The notes under the pieces are model-generated. The model was not told where the DNA came from, did not search any database, and saw only the letters and a program-made list of their open reading frames with translations. Shown in pieces: positions 1-12,612 of a stretch of DNA of 64,000 nucleotides. Every line of letters starts with the position of its first letter. Position 1 is the stretch's first letter. The stretch is from Dimorphilus gyrociliatus (Eukaryota > Animalia > Annelida): positions 372,001 through 436,000 of the forward strand of contig CAJFCJ010000029.1 in the NCBI GenBank assembly GCA_904063045.1, written 5' to 3'. The translations under genes and the position numbers were made by a program.

Positions 1-108
1 CGTTAGAGATAAATTGAGAGGTTCGTTGATAGGCGAGTTCGGAAACGTCACTGGTTTGCAGCCACGACGAACTGATATATCCAATGCGTTCTGTTGTTGG
101 ACCATCAT
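1..108 (-). CDS. 5' part of a gene running off the left edge; N-terminus with two CtBP-type motifs (ALDIS, PLNLS), probable transcriptional co-repressor/repressor
   Basis: Minus strand from ATG at 108 reads MMVQQQNALDISVRRGCKPVTFPNSPINEPLNLSLT, open to position 1 (36 codons). A CpG-rich promoter-like stretch with CTCF-like motifs lies directly upstream (207-302). Not in the ORF track because it is truncated. Confidence 0.55.
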   Translation of the reverse strand, partial: MMVQQQNALDISVRRGCKPVTFPNSPINEPLNLSLT

Positions 109-206
109 TCTATTTTTATCCATTCATCTATATGTAGTCCCTCTACGGAGAAATGCCAGTGCCTAGTGGTCAACTTCCCGCGATGTTGTGTCACGTGATA
201 CGATGT

Positions 207-302
207 AGGTGGCGAATTTAATGTAGGCCTAAGATGACCATAGGCGCGACAGATGGCGTTCTTGCCAGAGACGTCCCATGAAAAACGCTCCAATAGATGG
301 CG
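207..302 (+). promoter_or_regulatory. Cluster of three CTCF-like motifs (AGGTGGCG 207, AGATGGCG 251, AGATGGCG 295)
   Basis: Match to core AGRKGGCR of the CTCF consensus; upstream flanks GCGAC and CCAAT resemble CCRSY. Confidence 0.5.
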
Positions 303-3159
303 ATCAATAAAACAAGTGACGGCAACTAGCCAGGGAAGGTCGTCTAATTATTTATAGATAAAAATGTCTTTCCGTCAATTGTTTAGTGTCTATTTTTGAA
401 TCGTCTTACGTTGACAACGGCGTAAATAAAATTTCTACTTTTTTTTATTATCAGCGACAGTGTATTTTTACACTTACCGATCTGCTATCGGTACATTTAT
501 AGGCCTATATTTTTGTCAATTTGAAAAAGAAAGTGTTTGTTAAGACAGTGAACTTTGGGAAATGTATAGCTTCTTTCAGGCCTTTAACTGATCGACATTC
601 AAAATTAATAGATTTGGAGTAAAATTAGACAATATTACCAATTATTAATATTTCATGTATTTAATATTTTCTAAAGCAAATGAAATCTAAGAGACCTTTA
701 TCAAATATAATCTATAACCTTTTGCATTCCTCTTGTCAGTGCTTCCTTTCTAAATAAACGGCAGTTAAAATTTACGATACGTGGTGCCATCTGGCGTCTA
801 GCAGTTGTAAGCTTTTAGAGAGGAGGAAATGACAAGAAATTAATGGACTAGGCTATTGTACTAGTAGAAGTGTGCGCTTTATGCCAGACAACCCCAGATA
901 ACCCGATAAAAAACCCGGGTATTCTTCTTGGTAGTACAACAATGTGAATTCTTCAATAGTGCCAGCTGTATAGAAAAGACTCATCGTAATGGCTGAATAG
1001 AGAAAAGAGATAGATGGGTCGCGTGGCTATTTGAAAAGGGAAAAAGTGTTCCGCGACATTAAATTACTCAAATGTTAAAAAAAAAAAACATAATGCCTTT
1101 TTTTGCCAGTGTCGAAAAGGGTACATTACAATTCGTACAGGTGCGTCGATTGCTGTGTACGTTTAAGGCATTGGGGGGTTCAGCCAAAAAATTTATTGAC
1201 AATGGAGAAAAAACAGGTTTTTACTGTATTATTGAACATATAATCGCGTCTATGTAGGTATTTCTTCATACAATTTTCCATTTATTTACACGATAGGTAT
1301 AACGAGCGGTAACAGTGAAAAGGATAAAAGAGATGCTTGTAGAATACAATTTTTAAAACTGCGAACAGCTTTTAAAGAGATGAAATTGTTCTATTCTTAG
1401 CGATTTCCTGTTCTTCATTCAGATATTTTTTTTGGACATAAAAAAGGGTTAAATTCAGTCGGAAAAAAAGATAAGCGTGTGCCTGGTGTAGATATAAAAA
1501 ATACAATAAACACATAAGAAATTGCTTAAATAGTCTAATAAAGAATAAAAGGTTACTTTTTTTTTTATTTAACCAGTTTCTTTTCTAAATTTTTTCTTTT
1601 ACTTCTGAGTGCGTAGTTGTATAACGATTATACATGACAGTCTAATACGAGTCTATAGACGACATTAAAGAATTCCTCCAAGGCGATGAAGTAATGCTGC
1701 ACAAAGCGATTATGTAATAAAGCAATAACGCACACAGTATAATTCGAATTTAAACACGTTCGCATGTTTAATGAATAAAGCGTTTTCGACACAAAGTTCT
1801 CTCTCTTATATACGCCACCATTCATCCGTGATCAATGTATATTTATAAAGCTAAAACTATTAATCTATGCGGTATCTTTGATCTAAAAAGAAGCTTTAGC
1901 TGGCAAATACGGCGCTCGATCGTTCCTGACCTTTGATATTTTATTAATATGCATTATTCCCGAGTCCCACGCGCCTGCCCGACACGCGAGAGTTTCTTTT
2001 TCCAAAACGAGCGTTCTATTGCATACTTGAACGAGATTAGGATTGAGTTTTCGAAGAGGAAAGTTTATCTACATCACCCATCTTGCAATTAGACACCGAC
2101 AGAATATTTTTTTGCCAAGTTTTTTTCAAATGTCATCTAGGCGATTTCAATACCCGCATAACTTCGTCTATCTTCAGCTCTCTTTTTTCTTATTTTTCCG
2201 TCTCTGTTTCTTATATACAATTTCTATGTACTTTTAGCCCCATAGGCCTTTTTTCGGTTGAAATCCGAACCCTGTTTCGGACCAGGAACAAAGTTAGATA
2301 TATTGTTCGAGCCTACGGACAACTCCTTTGATGTTAATTGTAGCCCTGTAGGGTGGGTTTAATTGATTGCAAAGGGTCAGTAATGGTCAGTAACGCACGG
2401 CACTTAATGACAAAATGCAAGTGGAACTTGATTGCTTTCTCCGTACTTTTTTATTCATTCCTTCAAATGTGCGCATTGGCCTGAAGAGTAGTCGTGCTGC
2501 GCGCGTGCCCTTCTTTCGTACGTCGCGTGCTTCTTTTGTGAAATGTTTCTCTCTCCGAGTTTACGCTACCTCCGCCCTTAACAAAAAAGGGGGAGAAAAC
2601 CTCGATGGGGGTAAGGTTGGAGACTATAGTGACAGCTTTATTAGACGCATTTTATCGTTTGGACGTCGCAAAGTCGCACACACTAATCGGGTTCCGTCAC
2701 GATATTACAAGAGCATTTTCCCACCAGTGAATGGATAGGAGGAGTAGCTCCCACCTTAATTTAACCTACAACATCCATTTATCAAAGTTTCGTTGAAATA
2801 AAGTCTACCTTTTCTAGATTGCCGCCTTGACAGGGAATGATGAAATATTTGCTTTAGGTGATGATGATCGTATGCAAATAGTCTTTAAGATCTTTAGATT
2901 GTCGTCGAGGTCGGTTAGCCGCTCCACCCAGTAATGGATGGGTATAAATGGGAGAAGGATGAAGAGTGAAAGTTTCATATAAACATATAAGCCGCTTCTA
3001 ATGTAGAAAATTGCTATGTTCTAAACGTATAGAATGGCACGTTAGGTGTCACATGCCTTCTACTACGGCCTGCGATAATAAACGCGTGTCAACTGTTGAA
3101 GAGATGGGAAGAGAGTCAGTCTATGGAATTTTTCCCATCTAAATTTTTAGAAAGTAAAA

Positions 3160-3279
3160 CGTGGGAAAGAGAATGAATTTGAAAAAGAAAACCGAATTAG
3201 TGGCACGTGCGCAGGCCGCCGGAGAGACGCCAGCGTTTTAGGCGCGACGGGATCTTTAACGAGATAGGTATAGGTGGCG
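3160..3279 (+). promoter_or_regulatory. Proximal promoter of achaete-scute gene: Su(H)/CSL site, Hes/E(spl) ESE-type box and CTCF-like site
   Basis: CGTGGGAA 3160-3167; TGGCACGTGC 3201-3210; AGGTGGCGC 3272-3280; all within 200 bp of the ATG at 3360. Confidence 0.55.
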
Positions 3280-3359
3280 CTTCCATCGATTTCGGCACGA
3301 ACGGGGCGGAGTCAAGCATTAAATAGAAGCGAACTGAACTGAACGGCATTCGTTCGTCG

Positions 3360-3869
3360 ATGGCAACGCAAAGCACTTTGTCTGACAAGACCAACGTTAA
3401 AAGAAATCATTTTGAACGAATCGCGATGCGTCTCTCGTCTTTAGATGAACAAGAAATGATGGAAAATGATTCACCATCGCCAAGCAAGGACGAACAGGAC
3501 GACGATGACATGGGCGGAAAAGGTGAAGCGGAACGAAGGAAGAAGGCCGCGCGCTCTGCGTCTATGATCCGAAGAAACGCTCGAGAAAGAAATCGTTTGA
3601 AAAGATTGAATAGTACTTTTGTCGCCCTACAATCGCATTTACCAGATCAAGCCCTGCCAGTTGTAAGCAAAGGAAATAAAGCAATGAGCAAGGTTGATAT
3701 TCTACGCGGTGCTATTCACTATATAAAAGATTTGCAAAGTTTACTGGATGAAAACAATCACTTGACAACATCAGGAACACCAACTTCTTCACATCCCTCC
3801 CTTTTCAATACTGAGGACGTTTTACACGCCCAAACTCTTCAATCAGCCTTCTTCTGGTCGTCAACTTAG
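3360..3869 (+). CDS. ASCL1: Achaete-scute family proneural bHLH transcription factor, single exon, 169 aa
   Basis: RRNARERNRLKRLNSTFVALQSHLP...KAMSKVDILRGAIHYIKDLQSLLDE matches the achaete-scute bHLH pattern (RRNxRERNRV...MSKVETLRxAxxYIxxLQxLL). Symbol denotes family, not one-to-one orthology. Confidence 0.92.
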   Translation: MATQSTLSDKTNVKRNHFERIAMRLSSLDEQEMMENDSPSPSKDEQDDDDMGGKGEAERRKKAARSASMIRRNARERNRLKRLNSTFVALQSHLPDQALPVVSKGNKAMSKVDILRGAIHYIKDLQSLLDENNHLTTSGTPTSSHPSLFNTEDVLHAQTLQSAFFWSST

Positions 3870-4250
3870 ATGATGGGAATTTCCTTGGGAATGCAACAGA
3901 TGAAGTAATTCCGCATTGAAATCTCTTCCCCATCTGTCGTCTTCCCACTTCGCCAAATTGTGCCTTAAAAACATTTTATTTTTACATGATTCTCTGCAAT
4001 TTATTAGTTTTTTTAGTAACTATTATGATTTAGTATCAGTGAGAGAATGTCTTTTGATGGAGAGAGAAAAGAAGAAAGCAAAGAAATGGAAAGGGAAGAA
4101 ATCCACGCTGAAATGCGAATTGAAAAAAAAACTATTTTGTAATTATTATATTTCTACTTTTTTACGTTATTTTTTATTTAAAAATAACAATCTGCATCGT
4201 TGGTTATTTTGAATAGATGAAAAATGTTCACTGATCCAAAAGCTAATCGT

Positions 4251-4656
4251 CGCGTGCTCCCAAAGTACGACCAATGCCTATGTGGGACAGGTGACAGTTA
4301 AATTAGATTCGTCCTGCAAAGATAACATTGGCGAATAGATGTGTAAGACGTGCGAAAAGTAGCGATTTCAATGCAAGTTGACTAAGACGCGTGAGCCGAT
4401 CGCGTGCTTGTAGGACCGCGCATGCGCTCTGGTTACTAAATGCGTATATTCCTTTTTTTCTTTTACCCTTGCCAAAATAAAGCCAGCATACGCGTGTATA
4501 CGTTATTGAATAGAATTTTGAAAATTGTGTAAACATTTCAGAGCCGTTGAAATCGCCTAGGCAACATGTAAATATGCATATGCAATACCGTATATACAAT
4601 ATTTATAAAGGTAAAAAAGGAAATAGAAGTTTTAATACACGCGCTCGGCACGCGAC
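4251..4656. promoter_or_regulatory. Putative 3' enhancer/silencer of the ASCL gene with six Hes/Hairy class-C sites (CACGCG) and an RFX X-box-like site
   Basis: CGCGTG/CACGCG at 4251, 4388, 4401, 4491, 4638, 4649 (GGCACGCGAC 4647-4656); ATCGCCTAGGCAAC 4552-4565. Confidence 0.45.
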
Positions 4657-4915
4657 CTTTTTGTTTTATCTTATCTATTTATGACGTTTGTTGGCGATAA
4701 GTCACGAAAAGACGATTGATTCGTACAGGCGGTTCCTTCTTTAAACAAGAGCGAACGTTCTTTAAAGTCGCTAAATTGTGTTTGTTTTAACTATCTACTG
4801 AAATCTGCCGTTTCCTGCATTGGAACGTTTTATAACGCGTTTTCTTTTCACGTCTTCTTGCCGGGTATCTTAACGACTAGGCGAAAAGCGGTGCTTTTTT
4901 TGGACGATCGCGTCA

Positions 4916-4931
4916 GCGCGCGCGCGCGCGC
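4916..4931. repeat. (GC)8 alternating purine-pyrimidine tract
   Basis: gcgcgcgcgcgcgcgc read directly. Confidence 0.95.
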
Positions 4932-7900
4932 TTGGGATATACGCATTGGTCGTAAATCATGTGTATGACAGGGAGACTTCAATGCTAGTCACTGACAGTA
5001 ACATTTTCTTTCCTTCTATTTTTATACCTATATTTATCCTTTGAAAATTTTATAAAACTATATATAGTGTGTGCAAGAAGTATACGTTCTTTATGTTATC
5101 GTCTCCCGTTTATGCACGTACTTATATAACAAACAAGCTGATCTTTTCCTTTTCCTTTCAAAATATTATTTTAAGAAGGATAATTTTTGTTGATTCCTTT
5201 ATTCATCTTTTCCATTTGCCTTTCTTTCCATCTTTTTTCCCAATGCCACGCAATGCAAACACTAGGTGAATAAAAAAATTGTATGAAAGTAATCTTTGTC
5301 AGTATTGTCACTCGAACAAACGAATTCTATCTCTAGTCTGCCTAACCTTCCGACTTGAACAGTTCATGAACAGATGTATACTTTTCATTCAATTTTTTAA
5401 TTAGCGTCGAAGAGTCGAGTTTCCTCTGGGCCTATACTTACGATGAATTACACAAACTGTCGCCTGAAGCGACTTTTTCGGAAATGGAATGTAAAAATGT
5501 TACTTTTTATGTATATATATTGTACCAAGGTTTTACATGAGCATAGCCCTCGGTCTCTAATGCATATTTCTTCTCCGCCTCCAACCTTTTTTTTAGTCAG
5601 CTTTTTTCTGCTAATGAAAAAACCGGAAACGATGTCGACGAAGGCGGAGTTGGTCGGATAAAGAGGATTAGGTGGATGTTTTCGAAAAATTACAATCACA
5701 ATGCGAAGGGCGATTAAAAGGAGATTTAGCGGGAGCGAATATAGGATTATATAGGCCTAAAGGGTCGTTGAAGAGCGTGTACGAATGGCCCCAGGGTTAT
5801 CGTTGCCAATTCACGCGCACAGATGCAATCGACATTCAAAATGACAGGGCGTCGAATTTTTTAGACCGTTTCTGAATTGTAGAAGGCGCTAATTCGCTCG
5901 TTAGAATCGCTGCGATATTTCCAACGCCCAACGGGATATTTTTATGGGGGCGTCTTGAGAAACGGGTCGTTTCCTGGACCTCGATTATTCGAAGACGGTC
6001 CGTTAACTTGTCAACTCCGTGGGGATATTAATTAATAAAATAATTAAAACATTTTACTGAAGGAAGCTCATAGCGGGGTCTGTTTTCCCTACTCTTTTTT
6101 CTAATGTCTCCGGCATTTAAATTGCTCCCACCTTTTTTATAATAACAGTAATAATAATAATTTTTATCGTCGTCAGGTACCATTTTTATATAAATTTACG
6201 AGCTCGATTCGCTTCTGCGCTGCAAGCGACATTCCATCATTCTCATTTATCATTCTCTAAAACGTCGGATTTCTTGCCTCGATCAAATAAAATTCCGGAA
6301 GACGAAAATTTGTAGATTGAATTTCATTTACAGTTCGTTCTCACGACGTACTTATTTGTTTTCATTAAATACTGAATCCTTATAATTAAAGACGGTGGGG
6401 CCAGGTGATCGTTTGACCGGCTTACTGAACTTTTAGTTTTTGCTCCTTTTCCTTTTCTCTTTCATCAGCCTTCTTTTTACCACTCGTCTATTCAAAACAT
6501 CTATAACCGGTTTTAGTTCAATAAACTTTCGAGATGCGCTTGTAATACAAGTCTTTTATGTTCTATAAGTTACGTAATTGGCCACTGCAGTGTAGAGGCT
6601 TAAAGCCCTATTTGTTGCGTAAGTTTGTACTTTGAAGAGGATCTTTTGATAGGACTAAACAACTATTCCAATAGAGGTCGCAGTAGAGGAAAAGAAGACC
6701 GATGGGTAAGAAAAAAAGTTTATTAATAAATGAAGCTATGAATAATGGTGACAGCTAGACGTTGACAATTATTACTTCAGTATAGCAGAAAAATGAACAT
6801 ATTTAAATAACATTACGCAGTGGGGCTTATTGACTGCCCTTTTTACTATATGTGACATATAACTTATTATCCATTTCTTTATATCTTCTTATTAAAAAGA
6901 AAGAAGATTAATATTAAAATAATTTGAAAGGAGGAGGATGAACTATACATAAAAAACGAGTTTTTTGGCCAATTCATTTAACACTGTCGAATAGAGAAAA
7001 GAGAAGAGAAGAAAGAAGAGAAAAGAGAAGTGGATAAATAGGTGAAAAAATCAATTATTTATATAGAGCATTCACATAAAATCTCCAACCACATATTCAA
7101 TTTTTCCTTCTTTAATTAGTTGGAAGTTTACCGTTAACTTTTCAAGATTATTTATTTGTGTACAATGGGGCGCGTGCAATTAAGCCGACTTGTCATTTTT
7201 ATTGTTCAATAGATATTTACAAGTACTTAAGCTTATAGGGCTAACGGATGGGAGTTATTAAATTTCCCTTGTATTCATTCAAAGTTTTTACAAAGAAAAA
7301 CATAAAAGGGATTGGACACCTTGCCGCGTATTATACTATACTGTAATTACGTTTAGCAGAGTGCCATATAGTACTTTTATAACCTTATATCACGGTCATA
7401 CACTTGACGAGTGCCGCCAGTACGTGAAAAGAGCTTCGGTCTGATAAAGTTTTTCTATAATGGTAAAAGTAACCGCCTCATTGTTATGAATATTTATTTT
7501 TAAATAATAAGCACTTTTCACAATTCTACAGCTTGAATGTATAATACTCCTTCCAATTTCAAGGACTTCATAGAAATCTGTTCGAAATGATTCTTGACAA
7601 TTAATTTATTAATTTTGTCAACCAACTTGACCTAGATTTAAGGGTTACCACGTTCAAAAATATTTTTGAACAGAAGAGTAAATAAAAGTCATCCTTTATC
7701 AGTACCAAGGCAGTTATATTCAATTTTACAGACTTAAAGATATCGAGAAAGCCCTAGACAAATAACACTTTCTTAAAACCTGCCAAATTGCTACTTTTAC
7801 GTCTTTAATTAACGATCAAATCAGTTGCCGATAAATCGAACGACAATTGTTATTAGCGTGACAATTAAACTGAAAACAGAGTATTTCTCTTGACAGTGTA

Positions 7901-10115
7901 TTTAAACAATAACCACTCCCATTTCCTTATTTTTAATAATTGCTTAAAATTCTTGATAAGCTGATAAATATCGCAACAAGAGAGTTTTCTCTCTCTCTTT
8001 TTCTCTCTCTCCTTACTCTTTTCCTTTCTGCCCTTCTTCCTCTTCAACGAGTGACACCTGGCGGATATTTGCTCTTACATAAATATTCAAAATTTTCTTT
8101 TTTTAACTGTTTACACCAAAAACTAGGTACTTAATACGATCTTCTTATCCATTTACAATAAACAAAGCCAATATCTCTTTTGCTATAAAAATAAACATAC
8201 TTTGATACTAGAGCTACTTCAGTGTTTCCCAAGAATAAACGGAATTACGTCACCACTTAGGAAGTAAAGAAGTGGGGAGGGAAATACGCAAATTAGGAGT
8301 TGTTACTGAGATTTCAAGTGAAGTAGGTATTCGAAGCTATTCAAGTTAGAGATGAGTGCTTCAAGAATTCCTGCATAACGAAGTCAACGGAAAAATGCTA
8401 TCTTAAATGTTTTATGACTCGAAGAGACCATTTAACAATTTTATAGATGACTTATAGTCGTATAGTGCATATCTATATCTCTGTATTATCTATCTTTATA
8501 TACAGTATGTTTATATTTATATATAGAAAGTTCATTACTTAAGAAAACATGTAAAATTAATATAAATAGTTATATCTGATTCATTAATAATAATTAAGCA
8601 AAACGCTGTATATACTCCCTGAAGTAATAAGGTAAATGTAACTCTAGGGGAGGAAACCTTAGGTTGTTTCTTTATATGCTTCGCCGCAGGTTTCTTTATA
8701 TAGCTTTCCTTTTCAAGATTCTGGGTAGAGACAATTAAGCCTATCTAACCTCTATCTTTAAAGCGTCAACCTTTGAACAGGCGTTGCGTTCACGGATTAT
8801 TTATTTTTGAAATATATATTTTCGTTTATTCTATAAGCCTAAGAATATAACAAACACGATATCCAAATTGCTACATCTTCTAAAAGTATAAATTATTCTT
8901 ACTTAAAGGTCAAGGCTAAGAAATGGTGTAAAGTTAAACAATTTATGTTTTTGCATGTTGACCTATGGTGAAAAATACTAAAAGTAAAATAACTTGTTAA
9001 AAAAATAATGGTAGGAAGAAAGAGAAACCGACTGCCTATTATCGAGAAAATTTTGAATTGATCGCAACACGCACATCTCCTTTCAAAAAGACGCACTTCA
9101 ATTAGAATTGAGAAAATAATAGGACCTTTACTATTAAACGATATCGTTTTCGTGAAATTTCTATTGTAAAATTAGCTTTGTTAATATACTATGGACGTGT
9201 ATATATAAGAAACACTTCACTAACGTCCTTTTTGTTATATATTCGGTATAGGCTTGTATTGTTTTATTGTCAAGTCGTATCTAACTCCTTAAATAAGATA
9301 AGATTTAGACAAAGAAAGTAAGAAATGAGGGTGACAGAGTGAAACATGTTTGCTGCTACTTTATTCCTAATTGCTATAAACTATTATAAATTTTTGGATC
9401 TAGTGATTTTTTGCCTACTTTATCGTTTCTTTACTTAAAAGCGTCACAGCTCTTTCCTTACTCTCATTCTTCCCAAGGCTATTTGGCTAGTTATTGGATT
9501 CCCAAATCCAATAGCTTTTATTAGATACCGTCTAGTTGTCCAACTTGATCATCTTACACTTTTCGCATAATAAATATCAACAATATTTAGAGGGGCCTAT
9601 AGACTTATCACGTAAAATAGTTGATTTGAACTCTACGAGCCTAATTTTTTCAATTGAATCGTCTATTTTTAGTCGAGAGAAATAAATTTGTAAGCGAAAA
9701 TCGAGAGTTAACAGACAGACGAAAGCTCTATGCCCTTAAGTGCAAAATGAAGGAAATAGCTGAAAGTCTCACAAGAGAATGGCGAAATCATCAGGAAACT
9801 ACAAATAGCCACTCGTCCGTCTAAGTAATAAAATACGTTTTAGAAGGGCAAATTGCACAGAAAGAGAAAGAAAGAGGAGAATTTTCCAGGAAGAAAGAAA
9901 TTGAACCTGACGTCTTGAAGAGAATTAAGTCGTATAAAAAGAAAATTACCTTTGGAATACAAAAAAATAAATCGCAATAGAGTTTGCACTAAGTAAATAG
10001 CAGATGTTTGAGGATACAGAAATATACTATTGAAATGAAAATGATGCATGCATTGAGATTAGCGAATTTACACCTTTTAATTAATTATTTTGCTAAGTAA
10101 TGCTTTGGTGACCAT

Positions 10116-10401
10116 TGCCATCTGCTTATTTAAAACTTTAATAAGTTTATACTAGGAATTTAATTTTATAGCGAAGTCGATTAACTTTGGCATACACGAA
10201 TTCGTTGTAATAAAAGACGCTACTATTATAGATCGAATTGAATATTCCGCAATAATATTTTTTTGAACCGGATATTTGATCGTTCAGAATGAACGGGCGC
10301 GTCAACGGAAATTAAAGGTTGTTTTGTTGAATAAGATCCCTTGAAGAAAATACTAGCCTTTGGCGCCAAAAAATTAGAGAAATATCAGACGTCAGATGGC
10401 G
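10116..10401. promoter_or_regulatory. Divergent pair of CTCF-like motifs (minus 10116-10123, plus 10394-10401), candidate boundary between ASCL and CACNG domains
   Basis: TGCCATCTG and GTCAGATGGCGC; perfect palindrome TTTGGCGCCAAA at 10359-10370 between them. Confidence 0.4.
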
Positions 10402-11151
10402 CCAATTTTCTGGTCGATGAGAAATAAATGATTAAATCGGAAGCATTAGTATGTTCATTTTTCAATTTGAGTAAACAATAGGAGTATATTGCAATTTTTT
10501 TTACGTCAGCTTTTTTCTATAAAAGGGTTATTATAATTGCTTATTATATGTTAAAAATAAAATTCTGAAAACTCAATATCAAAACTAAATCAATCCAGTT
10601 TACGGAGCGGGCGTAGATAGCTTGGAAAATGATTGTGCAATGTGATAAATTGACTTGGAAAGAATTTTATTTACTTTCTTTCCTATTTCGCACTGATTTA
10701 ACTTATTATCCATCCAATTTGTGAGTGTAAGGCGGACCTTACTAACTATATCCTTTGCAGTATAGTTTCCTAAGTAATTAGTAAAGTAGGTTAGACTAGA
10801 CGATTTGATTCCTATGAGTCTTCCAAATATGCTAAGATAAATAGAGGAATGGCTTGATAAGAAGAAGGAAAAGAATGAAGAAATAAGAAATTGGATACGT
10901 TGATAGTTTTCCCTGAGCAAAACTCGAAATTCATTGTTTGCTCGACCAGAAAAAAAAAGCTTTATATATTCTTTAAGTAAGTGATACTCCTGAATCTTCT
11001 TTAATAAGAAGAGAATGCTTTTAATATATAGCCCATACGAAAATAAGTATACTTAACTATATTATCAATCTCGCAATTAACAAATAGATACCTTTAATAT
11101 GTATCTTTTGTAAAAAATAAGTATACATTATACTCCGTCTCTCTCTCTTCC

Positions 11152-11177
11152 TATATATATATATATATATATATATA
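11152..11177. repeat. (TA)13 microsatellite
   Basis: Direct reading. Confidence 0.9.
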
Positions 11178-12590
11178 AATACTAATATATATATATATTA
11201 ATATTTATAGCTATAGAGTGTAGTAGTAGAGTTTTATTAATTGATTATCTGGAAAATTTTGTTGCTGCTGTATTCGCATGATATTTTTGTTGGTATACTT
11301 AATCTTCATGGGAATATTTCCTAATAGGAATAAGAATAGCAATCTTTTCTATATTATGAATATAAAAATAATAAATGTGACTTATACATTTAATAAAATG
11401 AAATTGACGAGTTTTTTTAGAAAAGAAGACAGACTTATTAAGAATAGACAACATCTATATAATTGATTAATAAATAATTTATCCCTGAGTTTATAATTGT
11501 TTACTGGGATCAGAATTTTTATTACAAAATATGTTTATAGCTTTAGAATTAATTTTCGAATCAATTTTATACTCTAAACTTGATTTGAGAAATATCAAGG
11601 GACTTCTACTTCCAGTTCTTTTTATACGGAGGCACTAAAATTAACAATAAGATCTTTAATCGTATTTACTATAGATTGTTGAAAGAAATTTCATTGCTGA
11701 CTATAATAATCAATTCCAATTGCTAGTTAGTTTATTTTAAAGTCTTTTTGTGACGCAGTCGATTAAACGCTAGATGCTCATCTGAATACCTTAAATTGGT
11801 CAGTGGAGATTTACTCAATTTCTTTACAAAATAAAGAAAGATGAATATGTAGTTCCGAATCAATTGAGTTAATTTTTTTATGTATCTATTGAGCTTCTAA
11901 AGATTTACTTGTCCCCATTTTATCTCGTCATTTGGTTACTTTTAGTCTAGCTTGACAGAAATTAAAAACAGAAAGCTTTTCTATATTCAATTAATTAGTT
12001 ACGTTTAATCTTTACTCACAAGAATAATAAAACCGCTCTTTTTTCATTTATTTTCTTGCTTATGAAATATTCTGGTTTAATTTCTAACCAACGTTTGATA
12101 TTTTTTCTCCAGCATTTAGGCCGATTTCTTGTCAAGAAAACCTGCAAAAAATTTCTTTTTACCCGTAACTAATTTCCCTTCCATTAAGGAGTAATACTAC
12201 CTTTTCTAAGGGATTGTAAAAGCTAAATAGCAGGCTGATATCGATAGAATATAAAAGTTCATTAGGATCAACAGCTAACTGTAAGGAATAGTTTCTTTGC
12301 ACGCTGTGATCCATGATTAGAAAGCCTTAGTTTGCCAGTAGCCTTTAGACTACTACTAAATCATTTTAAATTGTAATATCAAAATGATTTAAAGGACGCT
12401 TTTGTCAAAATAAAGATATCTAAATTTACCCAAAAAAAAAAAATAAATTGATTTTGAAGAGGTCGAATACTTAAAAGTGTCTAGAAAGCTAATTGATTAA
12501 TTCTGTATATAGGAAGTACGGTTGGTCTGTTGCAACGCTAAACCATATAGTGAAAAGTTGTTAAATCCATTAAAGAAAAACTTCCTTTCC

Positions 12591-12612
12591 CTCTCTCTCT
12601 CTCTCTCTCTCT
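12591..12612. repeat. (CT)11 microsatellite in CACNG 3' region
   Basis: Direct reading. Confidence 0.9.

Noticed and set aside
105-293. 62-aa minus ORF in the track whose stop overlaps the ATG at 108
   Set aside because: Starts at TTG, has no protein-like motif and spans promoter motifs; the frame starting at 108 is the better candidate.
5485-5495. TGGAATGTAAA, identical to the first 11 nt of miR-1
   Set aside because: The 3' half diverges and I found no complementary arm for a precursor hairpin.
7865-8134. Lys/Arg-rich and Leu/Ser-rich ORFs on opposite strands
   Set aside because: Artefacts of a CT/GA low-complexity tract.
12358-12392. 11-bp inverted repeat (taaatcatttt/aaaatgattta)
   Set aside because: Short, AT-only stem expected by chance in this composition.
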